From IMG/VR virus record IMGVR_UViG_3300045988_085211, positions 1-43,823 of that record: DNA of 43,823 bases. One strand, 5' to 3'. How positions within the stretch are numbered: the first letter of the stretch is position 1; every line of letters begins with the position of its first letter. The position numbers and the translations under genes were made by a program. This document shows, one piece after another, positions 16,649 to 25,314 of this stretch. The notes beneath the pieces were generated by a model, which was not told the DNA's origin, made no database searches, and saw nothing but the letters and a program-made list of their open reading frames with translations. The DNA is from a virus.

Positions 16649-17885
16649 TTCTGTTTTTGAAAGCTGTGGCTCTGCCGTTTGCTCGCTTCGCTTGTTCTTT
16701 CTTGAATCCAGCAACTTTTACGCGGTCGCTTTGTTTCTGCAAGTCGTTTTCTGCACAGAATACACCGTAATTTCTATTCTGCATCCGGAGCTTGTATGCC
16801 AGCTTGTCATAATCTCCACGGATGTTCTCATCATCAGGAAACGCTTTCAGCTCCTGTTCTTTCACAAGCAACTGCCGTTTTGTTTTTCGGATAGCACGCT
16901 CCATTGCTCTTTGCTGTTGTTGCAGATCATATAACTGCTGGCTCTCATGCACATCAATTTTCGGGTTTCCATTCGCATCCACATACGGATTGCGTAAAGA
17001 CTTATCCCAAGGCTTATGTGAGTGCCGACAATTATACCCATGTAACCCTAGAGGATTAACCACATGCCCCTCTCCGGTCTGTGGATCTATATCATATCCA
17101 GTAGCTTCCAGAAGATTCGGTGCATCCGGATCAGAACCGCGAATCTTATATACTTTTCCCTGCCACCAATCGTGAGACTGCAAGCCTGTAGGGTTATTCT
17201 TGTCATGTCGCGCGCCCATATGCGCGGACACCAGAACATATTCTGCCCCAGCTTCCACAATATACTTATTCGTAACCTGTGCGGCGGTCTGGTTCATGGA
17301 TGTTACAATGCAACAGCGAACTGCGGCTTCCAACGATCTCCGGGAACCGGTTGGATAATCCACACGCATACCATTCTCCGCATACCGATCCAACACCTCA
17401 CAGATTGCACTACTATAGGACTGCAATCCGCTCGCCACACGAAAATCTACTTCGTTCAGAAGATTCAGCAGATCCCGTTGTGATTGGTCAATAGTCGTGT
17501 TTGTAAGATTGCTCAATTCTCCGAATGTTTTCATCAGTTCGGCATTCATGGCAACGATCACCATGTTGTTTTGTAGCGGTGGCTGCACATCTGCCAAACG
17601 TTCCAACACGCCCTTATCATCCGAAAATGAAGTAAGCACACTCTCTCGCAGCAACCGGCGCACTTCGTTCCGACTCTTGCCTGTCAGCTCCGAAATACGT
17701 TTTACAATCTCCTGTCTGTGTAAACCCATCTGCTGCAGCTTCCACAGTTCGCGGTCTGCTGTTCCGGATAGGCTCTCGGATTCTATCAAACGCATGGCAA
17801 TATCCTGCAAAATCCAATCTTCCAGCTCCTGGTACATCTCTATTAACTTGTCCGACTTACCATAAAAATAATCTGGAGTAAGCAT
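16626..17885 (-). CDS. Minor capsid/head morphogenesis protein (minor capsid protein 2 / SPP1 gp7-MuF-like)
   Basis: 419 aa following the portal block; N-terminus LTPDYFYGKSDKLIEMYQELEDWILQDIA is typical of the family. Confidence 0.7.
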   Translation of the reverse strand: MLTPDYFYGKSDKLIEMYQELEDWILQDIAMRLIESESLSGTADRELWKLQQMGLHRQEIVKRISELTGKSRNEVRRLLRESVLTSFSDDKGVLERLADVQPPLQNNMVIVAMNAELMKTFGELSNLTNTTIDQSQRDLLNLLNEVDFRVASGLQSYSSAICEVLDRYAENGMRVDYPTGSRRSLEAAVRCCIVTSMNQTAAQVTNKYIVEAGAEYVLVSAHMGARHDKNNPTGLQSHDWWQGKVYKIRGSDPDAPNLLEATGYDIDPQTGEGHVVNPLGLHGYNCRHSHKPWDKSLRNPYVDANGNPKIDVHESQQLYDLQQQQRAMERAIRKTKRQLLVKEQELKAFPDDENIRGDYDKLAYKLRMQNRNYGVFCAENDLQKQSDRVKVAGFKKEQAKRANGRATAFKNRIENGTNN

Positions 17886-18296
17886 CTATCCTTTGCCTGC
17901 CTCTCTCTTAACTAAATCCACCCATTGTTTTCCATGCGTTTCCTTTGCTCTGTCAAACCAATGATCTGTAGTTCCCGGAGTATGTTGTACAAGTGGCATT
18001 CCTGTAGGGTATTTTCTCTCGCCTTTGTTCGCAAAAGATCGGCCGTCTTCTGTCAGATACAATTCCCCCATATACTGGTAATGTGCATATGGAGTATTCC
18101 ATGCCACTTGCCCACCATATATGCCATCCGGATAATTTGCCGATCCTCGCAAGGCTCCCTGTGCCATTGGTATGTATTCATCACAATCTGCAACCACCTG
18201 CATGTTCAGCAACTTCTGCGCATTCCGTATATTATTGTCTATCCGCTTTGTATCTATATGGATATCAACGCATCCAACAGATTTGTTGTACTGCAT
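17886..18296 (-). CDS. Head-module protein, function unknown
   Basis: 136-aa ORF abutting the MuF-like gene. Confidence 0.45.
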   Translation of the reverse strand: MQYNKSVGCVDIHIDTKRIDNNIRNAQKLLNMQVVADCDEYIPMAQGALRGSANYPDGIYGGQVAWNTPYAHYQYMGELYLTEDGRSFANKGERKYPTGMPLVQHTPGTTDHWFDRAKETHGKQWVDLVKREAGKG

Positions 18297-18311
18297 ATTA
18301 TCTAACCCCTT

Positions 18312-18641
18312 TTAACAATTATTGCGGCAGTGATACGGTCCTTTCCTGCTAAAATAGACATTATAATACAATCCAAGAAACTTTATAGCTCTATATCGTT
18401 TTCTCGGTTCCAATGCCAAAATCGTATAGTTGCTCTTTTTTTCTCTTATAGGACTTAAAAGTTTTTTAAACCCTCTAACCATATTTCCCATTGCTTCCAG
18501 CAAACTCTTTCTCACCATTTGTGCTTTCTGTTGTATCTTCTGCACGGCGCGTACTTTTTGTATTAACAACTTAACCTGCACCACCATAAGCCCCATTCTT
18601 TCAATAGCTTCTTTCTGCTCCTGTGTAATGTTGATTATCAT
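18312..18641 (-). CDS. Hypothetical basic protein
   Basis: Strong RBS AGGAGG 8 nt before the ATG, directly after the portal stop; the C-terminal half is compositionally odd. Confidence 0.4.
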   Translation of the reverse strand: MIINITQEQKEAIERMGLMVVQVKLLIQKVRAVQKIQQKAQMVRKSLLEAMGNMVRGFKKLLSPIREKKSNYTILALEPRKRYRAIKFLGLYYNVYFSRKGPYHCRNNC

Positions 18642-18652
18642 TTCTTTTCCTC

Positions 18653-20122
18653 CTATTCTTCTCCAAATAATCCATCTTTGTTCTGATTTGCATTTTCTTC
18701 ATCGCGCTCGGCAAACATTTCATCGATTTCCTGATCGTTGAATCCCTCATACTCTTTGAGATACTTGCGTTTACTGTATACACCATTCATCATCAGCTGG
18801 TAGGCTCGGGTGCGGTCCTGCTCAAAGGATGCCAGCAGATCCTTAAAATAAAACACATCTTCGTCTGCCACATCCTCATCAAGCGCATTCACATATCCGC
18901 TCGGCATATTGAAAAATACATCACAATATTTATCCAGCGCATACGCCAGATCTTTGATAGCTGTCTTGAGTGCATTTCGGATATCTGTAATCGTTTCTAC
19001 TGTCTCGCTATCATCACTCTCAATCTCTGTTGCTGTGGCAATGCCAGTCTTGCGATCAAGAACAAACTGCCCCTGTGAGAATCCTGCCTTTGTGGAGATC
19101 ATGGAAAGAATAGAGTTGATATCCGCCACTCTCTGCTCTGTGAGCAGTGTCGGCACATGCTCATCAACCGTGTTCTGTGCATCAACTCCCATCTTTAAGC
19201 CCTTTACAAATCTCGGAAGTTCAACCCTTGCCTTATCCCCAGTATTCTTATCACGTTTCATCAGCGCATTTTCATCGATAAATGTGATATGCTGGGAATC
19301 GTCCACCTCATCGTCTTTTCGGCTCCATGCCACATCCAGATTGCGCAATTCCTCGATGCAGTTCACAAATACTGCCACACCCTCAGGGGATGCATAATCA
19401 ATCGTATTGTTATACGGCATCTTGAAATACCCGAACAATGGCTTTTCTACATTGGAAATGCTGATAGATTCCGGTATATCTTTCCACTCTGGTACATCCG
19501 TCAGCTTGATGCTTCTGCCAAGGCTATCACTGCCCCTTGACTTGAAAGCCTTATTCTCAATCGTATATGTACGCCCTGTGCGCTCCCCATCCTCTCCAAT
19601 CGTAGAAGTGAAATGCTGATACTCCAATCTGGTATAGTAATCATCACCTTTAACCTGCCGATCAATAAAAATAACTCCAAGGATGTCCCCATTGCTGTTC
19701 TTTTCCGTTACTGCAAAACTGCCCGGCATTACATAGTCGATTGCTCCGGCCGGATTGTATGTGCCATTAGGCTTTAAGATAATCCCGCCGGCACCACAGG
19801 CATCTTCTACCTTATCCCGGATAGACTTCTGTATCATTGCCCCGATGCACTGATTGATATAATCTGCCCTGTCACTTCCACTGATTGTCACATTGATATC
19901 CAGGCAGGTCTTCTTACTGGTGTAATAGCATAAGAACTTGGCAAAGTTGATTGTACGCACATTCTTGCTCACCCAATACGGTCTACCCTTGATGATGTTC
20001 TGCCACTCGATCTGTGCCATCTCCATCAGATCAGAGGAGATAATATCAACATTAAATTCTTTCTCTGCACTTGTTTTGAATAAATTCATGAAAAACTCCT
20101 TTACTCGTGTGAATATGTTCAT
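18653..20122 (-). CDS. Portal protein
   Basis: 489 aa directly after the terminase; size and order; RBS GGGTGGTGA. Confidence 0.85.
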   Translation of the reverse strand: MNIFTRVKEFFMNLFKTSAEKEFNVDIISSDLMEMAQIEWQNIIKGRPYWVSKNVRTINFAKFLCYYTSKKTCLDINVTISGSDRADYINQCIGAMIQKSIRDKVEDACGAGGIILKPNGTYNPAGAIDYVMPGSFAVTEKNSNGDILGVIFIDRQVKGDDYYTRLEYQHFTSTIGEDGERTGRTYTIENKAFKSRGSDSLGRSIKLTDVPEWKDIPESISISNVEKPLFGYFKMPYNNTIDYASPEGVAVFVNCIEELRNLDVAWSRKDDEVDDSQHITFIDENALMKRDKNTGDKARVELPRFVKGLKMGVDAQNTVDEHVPTLLTEQRVADINSILSMISTKAGFSQGQFVLDRKTGIATATEIESDDSETVETITDIRNALKTAIKDLAYALDKYCDVFFNMPSGYVNALDEDVADEDVFYFKDLLASFEQDRTRAYQLMMNGVYSKRKYLKEYEGFNDQEIDEMFAERDEENANQNKDGLFGEE

Positions 20123-20133
20123 ACGTCACCACC

Positions 20134-20334
20134 CTACAATTTCATAGTAAATGCATTATCTTTCAGCAATACTCCGCGATCTGTCTCGGTAAATACCGGC
20201 TCTGTGCCTTCGTATACTTTCAATTCGACATCCTTCCGCAGAATATTCTCTTTGCCATTATCGGAAATACACGCAATCACTTCTCTTGATTCTTTGTCCA
20301 CAAGAACATAATGCTTACTCTTCATATTCTTCAT
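20134..20334 (-). CDS. Small hypothetical protein between terminase and portal
   Basis: 66-67 aa; RBS GAGGAGG upstream; overlaps the terminase stop. Confidence 0.45.
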   Translation of the reverse strand: MKNMKSKHYVLVDKESREVIACISDNGKENILRKDVELKVYEGTEPVFTETDRGVLLKDNAFTMKL

Positions 20335-22267
20335 CATCTGCCTCCTCGTCTATCTCATCATCGTAAAGTCCATTGTTGCGCCGGCTTTCCATAATCACAC
20401 GGTTCAATCCATAGATCAGCGCCATTACACAGTCCTCACCAATCTTTGGGTACGCATCTGAAAAGCTACCGTCTGCCAACTGCTCATGCTCCAAGGTTGT
20501 CAGCTCATGCGCAAGGTGCGGGCATCGCTCCGGATCAACCACGATCTTTGTGGTCTGTTGTAACCACTCCCAACAGTAGTCTCTACCTTTGCCAGATCCC
20601 CAGCGCTTTTTAGCACCGATCGCATTAAATCCCCAATCCTGCATCTCTGCGATAGCATCTGGGCGAGCAGAATCACAGATAATCTCCTCTTCAAAGTACT
20701 TCTTAATCTTCCGCGCAAATGTACTATTCTTGCACCGCTTGGCAAATACCTCTGCCACGCAATACAACGTGTCTGCATCCTCATCATAGTACGCAACCTC
20801 AAATGTCTGCGGATGCTCGAAACCGAAGTCTAAGCCATAATAGAGAAATGGCAGATTCTCGATCTCTGTGTCCGTGATGGTTCGCTCTTCCACATTGTCG
20901 AAGATACCGCCACCAGTCCCTGTTACTTCCCCAAGGTAATTGTTACGGTAATATAGCGGCTTATGCACCTTAAACCACTCCGCACGCTCGAAGAATCGTT
21001 TACCAAGCCATTTCACTGGCACATTGTAATAATAGCTGTGACACACTCTGGTCTGTGGTTTATTCCGGCACTCTTCCACATACTGGTTCATAAAGTTGTT
21101 CTTTGATTTCGGCGGGTTGAATATCTTTATATCGAGTGCATGGGTGTCCGATCTCAGGAAGGTGTCCTCTATATTATCCATCTGCTCCACACCTGCCATT
21201 TCGTCACACTCTTCGTGGATCAGCATCTTTACATATCCAAATGGCACATTAAACGATTTAAGGGAAATAGGCTTATCCGCCCCCACGAACATTACCATCT
21301 GTCCGGTTGGTTTATACACTGCACACATGGGTGATTGCTTAAAATCCCAGTTATCCAGATCATTGTACCGGATCACGGTTTTCATAAACTGGTTATACAC
21401 AGATCCACGCAGATCAACCTTGTATCGTCTGGTATATACAATATGTGCCTGCGGGTCCTGCCGGATGGTTTCATACGCCAAATCTCCCCAGAAGTTGGAT
21501 TTGATAGAACCACGCCCACCCTTAGACACAATCTCGTGCACATCTACCTCACCGGCAAATGCTTCGTGTACTGTCCGGTAAATCTCCACAAAGTCGGAAG
21601 TAATGTCTGTGATCGGTACAGTCCAAAGTGGTGCTTTCTCGCGCTTTTCCTTTTCCTCTCGCTCAATCTTCTGCTTTTTTGCAATGGTTAATGCCTTTTC
21701 TAAACCATCCATAGCCTTAAGCTGATTAGTGAAGTCCGGTGCAAATCCCCTATCGTCTGTTACCTCTCCCTTTGCTATCTTGCTTCTGCGCTCCTGTATG
21801 TCTGCAAGGCTCATAATGTCGCGATGCTGTTCTTTCTCGATACACTCCATTTGCTCGGCAATTCTCTCTGAAATATTAGGTTTCTTTAGATTCTCGTGTC
21901 CTGTTATTCCAGCCACCTTTTCAGAGTACCCCGCCGCCTTTGCCGCCTGTGTAGCATTTCCACCATTCTTGATGTATTCCGCTGCAAATGCTTCCTGCTT
22001 TGGTGTCAGCTTCTTTCCTGTAGTCTTATCTTTATTTTTTGAAACGTTGCGTTTCGTTTCATTTTTCTTTTGAAACGTTTCACTTGCGTTATCATCCCAT
22101 TTATATCTATTCTTCCATGTCCGGATAGTAGCATCAGAACAATTCAATTGAGTAGCGATATCGACCAACTTCATACCGCTTTTATACAGTTCATATGCTT
22201 TATCACTCAATGGATTCTTCCTTGCTGCCAACCGATCATCTCCTTTCCTGGCACTAAAAAAGGACAT
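20315..22267 (-). CDS. Terminase with small-subunit (HTH + Terminase_2-like) and large-subunit (PBSX/Terminase_3-like) regions in one reading frame
   Basis: LTPKQEAFAAEYIKNGGNATQAAKAAGYS (TerS signature), then Walker A GGRGSIKS and the TerL body, with no intervening stop. Confidence 0.85.
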   Translation of the reverse strand: MSFFSARKGDDRLAARKNPLSDKAYELYKSGMKLVDIATQLNCSDATIRTWKNRYKWDDNASETFQKKNETKRNVSKNKDKTTGKKLTPKQEAFAAEYIKNGGNATQAAKAAGYSEKVAGITGHENLKKPNISERIAEQMECIEKEQHRDIMSLADIQERRSKIAKGEVTDDRGFAPDFTNQLKAMDGLEKALTIAKKQKIEREEKEKREKAPLWTVPITDITSDFVEIYRTVHEAFAGEVDVHEIVSKGGRGSIKSNFWGDLAYETIRQDPQAHIVYTRRYKVDLRGSVYNQFMKTVIRYNDLDNWDFKQSPMCAVYKPTGQMVMFVGADKPISLKSFNVPFGYVKMLIHEECDEMAGVEQMDNIEDTFLRSDTHALDIKIFNPPKSKNNFMNQYVEECRNKPQTRVCHSYYYNVPVKWLGKRFFERAEWFKVHKPLYYRNNYLGEVTGTGGGIFDNVEERTITDTEIENLPFLYYGLDFGFEHPQTFEVAYYDEDADTLYCVAEVFAKRCKNSTFARKIKKYFEEEIICDSARPDAIAEMQDWGFNAIGAKKRWGSGKGRDYCWEWLQQTTKIVVDPERCPHLAHELTTLEHEQLADGSFSDAYPKIGEDCVMALIYGLNRVIMESRRNNGLYDDEIDEEADDEEYEE

Positions 22268-22285
22268 ACCGTTATGGTACATCCT

Positions 22286-22361
22286 CTTGGTAGTCAACCG
22301 GAATCGAACCGATGCCTTGTCTATCAACCTGTTCTGCCAGCCTAAACTATCTTCTACCAAG
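22286..22361 (-). other. tRNA-like element (acceptor stem plus canonical T-arm, no anticodon arm)
   Basis: CTTGGTAG...ATCGG-TTCGATT-CCGGT...CTACCAAG; 76 nt; fills the gap upstream of the terminase start. Confidence 0.35.
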
Positions 22362-22790
22362 ATAATCATACCATATTTTCTTTGCTCTTGCTACCATCTT
22401 CTTCTCTTCAACATTTAGTTTTGTTGCGCCCTTTTCTCCATCTCTTTCATTGTGATAATACCCATGATGCACATGCGGATCTAGTTCTGCATGCTTATGT
22501 CCAAAGTTTATTTCTTTTACATGTTTGTTTTCTTTATCGAAATAAACTATTTTCAATAAATCATTTCCGCCAACTACAGCATAGACCCTCCCTTTTGTCA
22601 TGGTTTCAAAAAGACTTTCTGATTTTCTTGAATTTGATTCTATAAATTTTATATTTCCTGATACCAAAGGTTTTCCATTCACATCCATGATTGAGTGAAA
22701 TTGTGATCCATATTCATTACCTCTATTGCTTATGCCACTATTGGCTCCTCTACCGCCCACTTGATCACTCCTTACTCCACTTTCCATCAA
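22347..22790 (-). CDS. Hypothetical His-rich protein
   Basis: 147-aa ORF; GHKHAELDPHVHHGYYH cluster; start uncertain because it overlaps the upstream gene. Confidence 0.5.
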   Translation of the reverse strand: MMESGVRSDQVGGRGANSGISNRGNEYGSQFHSIMDVNGKPLVSGNIKFIESNSRKSESLFETMTKGRVYAVVGGNDLLKIVYFDKENKHVKEINFGHKHAELDPHVHHGYYHNERDGEKGATKLNVEEKKMVARAKKIWYDYLGRR

Positions 22791-23382
22791 AAGAGTTTAC
22801 CTTCACAATCTTTTCTTTACACTCCTCCGGAACTCTGCCATAAAATATGATCAGCTCCGGCTCCAGCCGCTCCACCATCTCAAAATATCCATCTAAGAAT
22901 CGCCGTTTCTTCTCTGCGCTGTTCTGTGTTCCAACAGAAGAAACCGCAACAACGCTTTGTGTAGGTTCTCCATCAAAGCACCACTCGAACGAATCCCGAT
23001 CACTCCAACAAATTGTTGGAATAACGTTAATACCATGCATCTGCCAGTATGCACCGAGCCAATGCTTTCGGTAATGATTGTAAATCTGCAACGGCTTTGG
23101 GAAGTCCGTATACAGACTGAAATCCGGTGTCAACACATACTTAAACCTCTGCAGCATAGGAATATATTTGTCCGGATCAGTCCATACCCTATTGAACTGG
23201 TAGTCGTCCAGAAAGAAATGCACTGCTTTATCCTCACAGTTCTTCATGCTCTTCGCATAGTTGAATCCGACGAACTCCGCATTATCAAATTGTGTATGTT
23301 CTAACTCCGGAATGTCATACCGACCAACTCCATCAAATAACATCCGTTGTACGTTTTCATAATTTCTCTGTGCTCTGTACAT
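22765..23382 (-). CDS. DUF4417-like protein
   Basis: HFFLDDYQFNRVW..LTPDFSLYTD..NVIPTICW motifs recalled from DUF4417; first gene of the packaging operon. Confidence 0.7.
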   Translation of the reverse strand: MYRAQRNYENVQRMLFDGVGRYDIPELEHTQFDNAEFVGFNYAKSMKNCEDKAVHFFLDDYQFNRVWTDPDKYIPMLQRFKYVLTPDFSLYTDFPKPLQIYNHYRKHWLGAYWQMHGINVIPTICWSDRDSFEWCFDGEPTQSVVAVSSVGTQNSAEKKRRFLDGYFEMVERLEPELIIFYGRVPEECKEKIVKVNSFDGKWSKE

Positions 23383-23407
23383 GACCTAATCCTTTCCTCA
23401 TACCATA

Positions 23408-23446
23408 ATTATAAAGCAGGATTTCAGATGATTTGTACCAATTTAG
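23408..23446 (-). promoter_or_regulatory. Conserved CTAAATTGGTACAAAT element plus TATAAT (copy c), heads the packaging operon
   Basis: 22 nt between TTGGTA and TATAAT (23413-23408); lies just after a terminator. Confidence 0.6.
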
Positions 23447-23451
23447 GGCAT

Positions 23452-23481
23452 GAAAAAAGAGAGGTCAAACGATCCTCTCCT
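23452..23481 (-). terminator. Intrinsic terminator after the 3-TM protein gene
   Basis: Stem GAGAGG/CCTCTC followed by TTTTTT on the - strand. Confidence 0.65.
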
Positions 23482-23492
23482 TTATTAGTACC

Positions 23493-24116
23493 TTATGCAT
23501 CCTCTTGATTTAAATCGGTTGCCGACATAACGACATTAACTACACCATATTCTTCATCCGTTTTGCTTCCATCATCACAAATGTTTTTATAATGTGCTTT
23601 TTCCTCCTCTGAAAGCATATCATGCCAATCCATTTTGCATGTACTTATTCCACCTTGAATATACTTTATTTGATCCATCGCGCCACTCAACATAAGTTTC
23701 GTATTAGCATCTAAGTTTTCTTCGTCTTGTATGTATTGTTCAATTTTCTTATACGCTGTATTAGCTGCAGATTCAATATAATTTATATGTCGAAATGAAC
23801 GTAATGCCAATTCCTCTTCTTGATTCTTAAATTCAACTTTTGATGATTTTTTTGTTAGCAACCAAGAAAAAACCACACTACCAAAAACATTAATCGCCAC
23901 GGAAGCAAACAATTCTAATTTATGAATTGTTGCAAAATATATTGACCCTACAACAATCAAGAGAGAAAAGACCAATATAAAATTATCCAAATTGACATAC
24001 ATTTTTCTTAGAAATTCATATAAGTTCATATTCTTCGGTCGAATACGCCCCAATATAAAACCAAATACAATGCCTATGCAACACGAAATAATAGCATATT
24101 TAATATCTACTGCCAA
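23493..24116 (-). CDS. Uncharacterised 3-TM membrane protein with helical C-terminal domain (candidate toxin/effector partner of PanA)
   Basis: TTG start overlaps the upstream stop by 10 nt; TM helices at aa 8-25, 46-64 and 69-87; no family recognised. Confidence 0.6.
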   Translation of the reverse strand: MAVDIKYAIISCCIGIVFGFILGRIRPKNMNLYEFLRKMYVNLDNFILVFSLLIVVGSIYFATIHKLELFASVAINVFGSVVFSWLLTKKSSKVEFKNQEEELALRSFRHINYIESAANTAYKKIEQYIQDEENLDANTKLMLSGAMDQIKYIQGGISTCKMDWHDMLSEEEKAHYKNICDDGSKTDEEYGVVNVVMSATDLNQEDA

Positions 24117-24553
24117 TTTTTGTCTATCCTTTCACCGTAATAATCTCTCATATTTTTTAGTGATATTGGGTTTCTAGAATATGTGCTAGAATCACAACCA
24201 ACTCTCGCACTTTGCCACGGCATCTCCGAATGTGTCATCCGTTCCAAGGTATCCGCATCATAATCACCATATGTGCTATAAACTTGATTCAAAAATACTC
24301 GAATGCCTTCATTATTAAATTTAATATCATGCGTGCATCTAGGTATATTTTCCCATCCCCACCCACGATAACGACTGTATAAATCTGGCGAAACAGGACC
24401 GTGAACCCATGCTTCAAATCTGTTTGGGAACAATTGTTTTCCATAGTTAGCCAGATACCACGCTTGTGCATAATAACATAATTTCTGAAGCTTTTTATGC
24501 GACATAGATTCTTTGCTCAAGAAAAAATCCGCAACTTCATAAATGTTTTCCAT
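24107..24553 (-). CDS. DUF4065/Panacea-domain (SocA/GepA-like) antitoxin-type protein
   Basis: KLQKLCYYAQAWYLANYGKQLFPNRFEAWVHGPVSPDLY signature; RBS AAGAGGGA before the ATG at 24553. Confidence 0.75.
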   Translation of the reverse strand: MENIYEVADFFLSKESMSHKKLQKLCYYAQAWYLANYGKQLFPNRFEAWVHGPVSPDLYSRYRGWGWENIPRCTHDIKFNNEGIRVFLNQVYSTYGDYDADTLERMTHSEMPWQSARVGCDSSTYSRNPISLKNMRDYYGERIDKNWQ

Positions 24554-24600
24554 AAGCGTCCCTCTTTCTCCCGTAAATTCACAACCCATTTGGTATTATT

Positions 24601-24629
24601 ATATTAGCATATGCATAAATAGGTGTCAA
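24601..24629 (-). promoter_or_regulatory. Near-consensus sigma-70 promoter for the PanA/3-TM pair
   Basis: TTGACA (24629-24624), 17 bp, TGcTAATAT extended -10 (24609-24601). Confidence 0.65.
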
Positions 24630-24664
24630 TATTACCAAACGTTTGTTCTTGTTTGATAAACACT

Positions 24665-24907
24665 TTACCACACCATCCTCAACTGACCGTTCGGCTCTTC
24701 CACGATACGCCCCAACCTCTGCTTCATGATCCTTTGCGCAATCCTGCGCTTCCTGTAAAAGCAATTCCTGCTAATCGGGAGAATACCGTGGTGTGCTTCC
24801 AGCATGTCGTAGCTTGTCCCGATCACGATGGATTCTGTCAGCTCCGCGGCAATGAAGCTGTCTACTTGGTTGCAGATCTCGAATACTTCCTTTTCGTCCA
24901 CAGGCAT
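24665..24907 (-). CDS. Small sigma-region-4/ArpU-RinA-like HTH regulator (tentative late activator)
   Basis: 80 aa; C-terminal ISRNCFYRKRRIAQRIMKQ resembles sigma-like phage late regulators; lies upstream of the late genes. Confidence 0.4.
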   Translation of the reverse strand: MPVDEKEVFEICNQVDSFIAAELTESIVIGTSYDMLEAHHGILPISRNCFYRKRRIAQRIMKQRLGRIVEEPNGQLRMVW

Positions 24908-24976
24908 TCCCCCTTTCAATTTTTGATAAAAAAATACCAACCATCGTATTTGACGGTTGGTAATATACCTATATAT

Positions 24977-25288
24977 CTAATTCGCTCTTTTTGTTTGATA
25001 ATCTTCAGATAATCTGATTGCTTCATCTGCTTTATATGTATCCATATCATAAAACACAAAATTACAAGTTCCTTTATCATACGCATACCATATTCGGCGC
25101 CTTGTCTTTTCTGTAAACAAATTTGATAATGCTGTTGCATTTTGTTTGCAAACCATAGATCCCAATGTTCTGAATTGACTTTCATATACAATTCCATGAA
25201 GTGCTAGTTCGAAACAGATTTTTGCCAGATCTGAATCCATATATTCTTCCAAATGTTCCCCTAATGGTTTTGTACAATCATATTCCAT
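24977..25288 (-). CDS. Hypothetical protein
   Basis: RBS GAGGTGA 5-6 nt before the ATG at 25288; downstream of the promoter at 25315-25343. Confidence 0.55.
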   Translation of the reverse strand: MEYDCTKPLGEHLEEYMDSDLAKICFELALHGIVYESQFRTLGSMVCKQNATALSNLFTEKTRRRIWYAYDKGTCNFVFYDMDTYKADEAIRLSEDYQTKRAN

Positions 25289-25314
25289 GTTTATCACCTC
25301 GTAGTTTTTTTTAA

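Noticed and set aside
22286-22361. A functional canonical tRNA gene
   Set aside because: The T-arm and an 8-bp terminal helix are present, but I could not form a D-arm or any 5-bp/7-nt anticodon stem-loop. Extra bases also separate the T-stem from the acceptor. It is reported only as a tRNA-like element.
24916-25197. Listed 93-aa - strand ORF overlapping 24977-25297
   Set aside because: It competes with a frame that has a GAGGTGA SD and a promoter directly upstream, and its composition is less protein-like.
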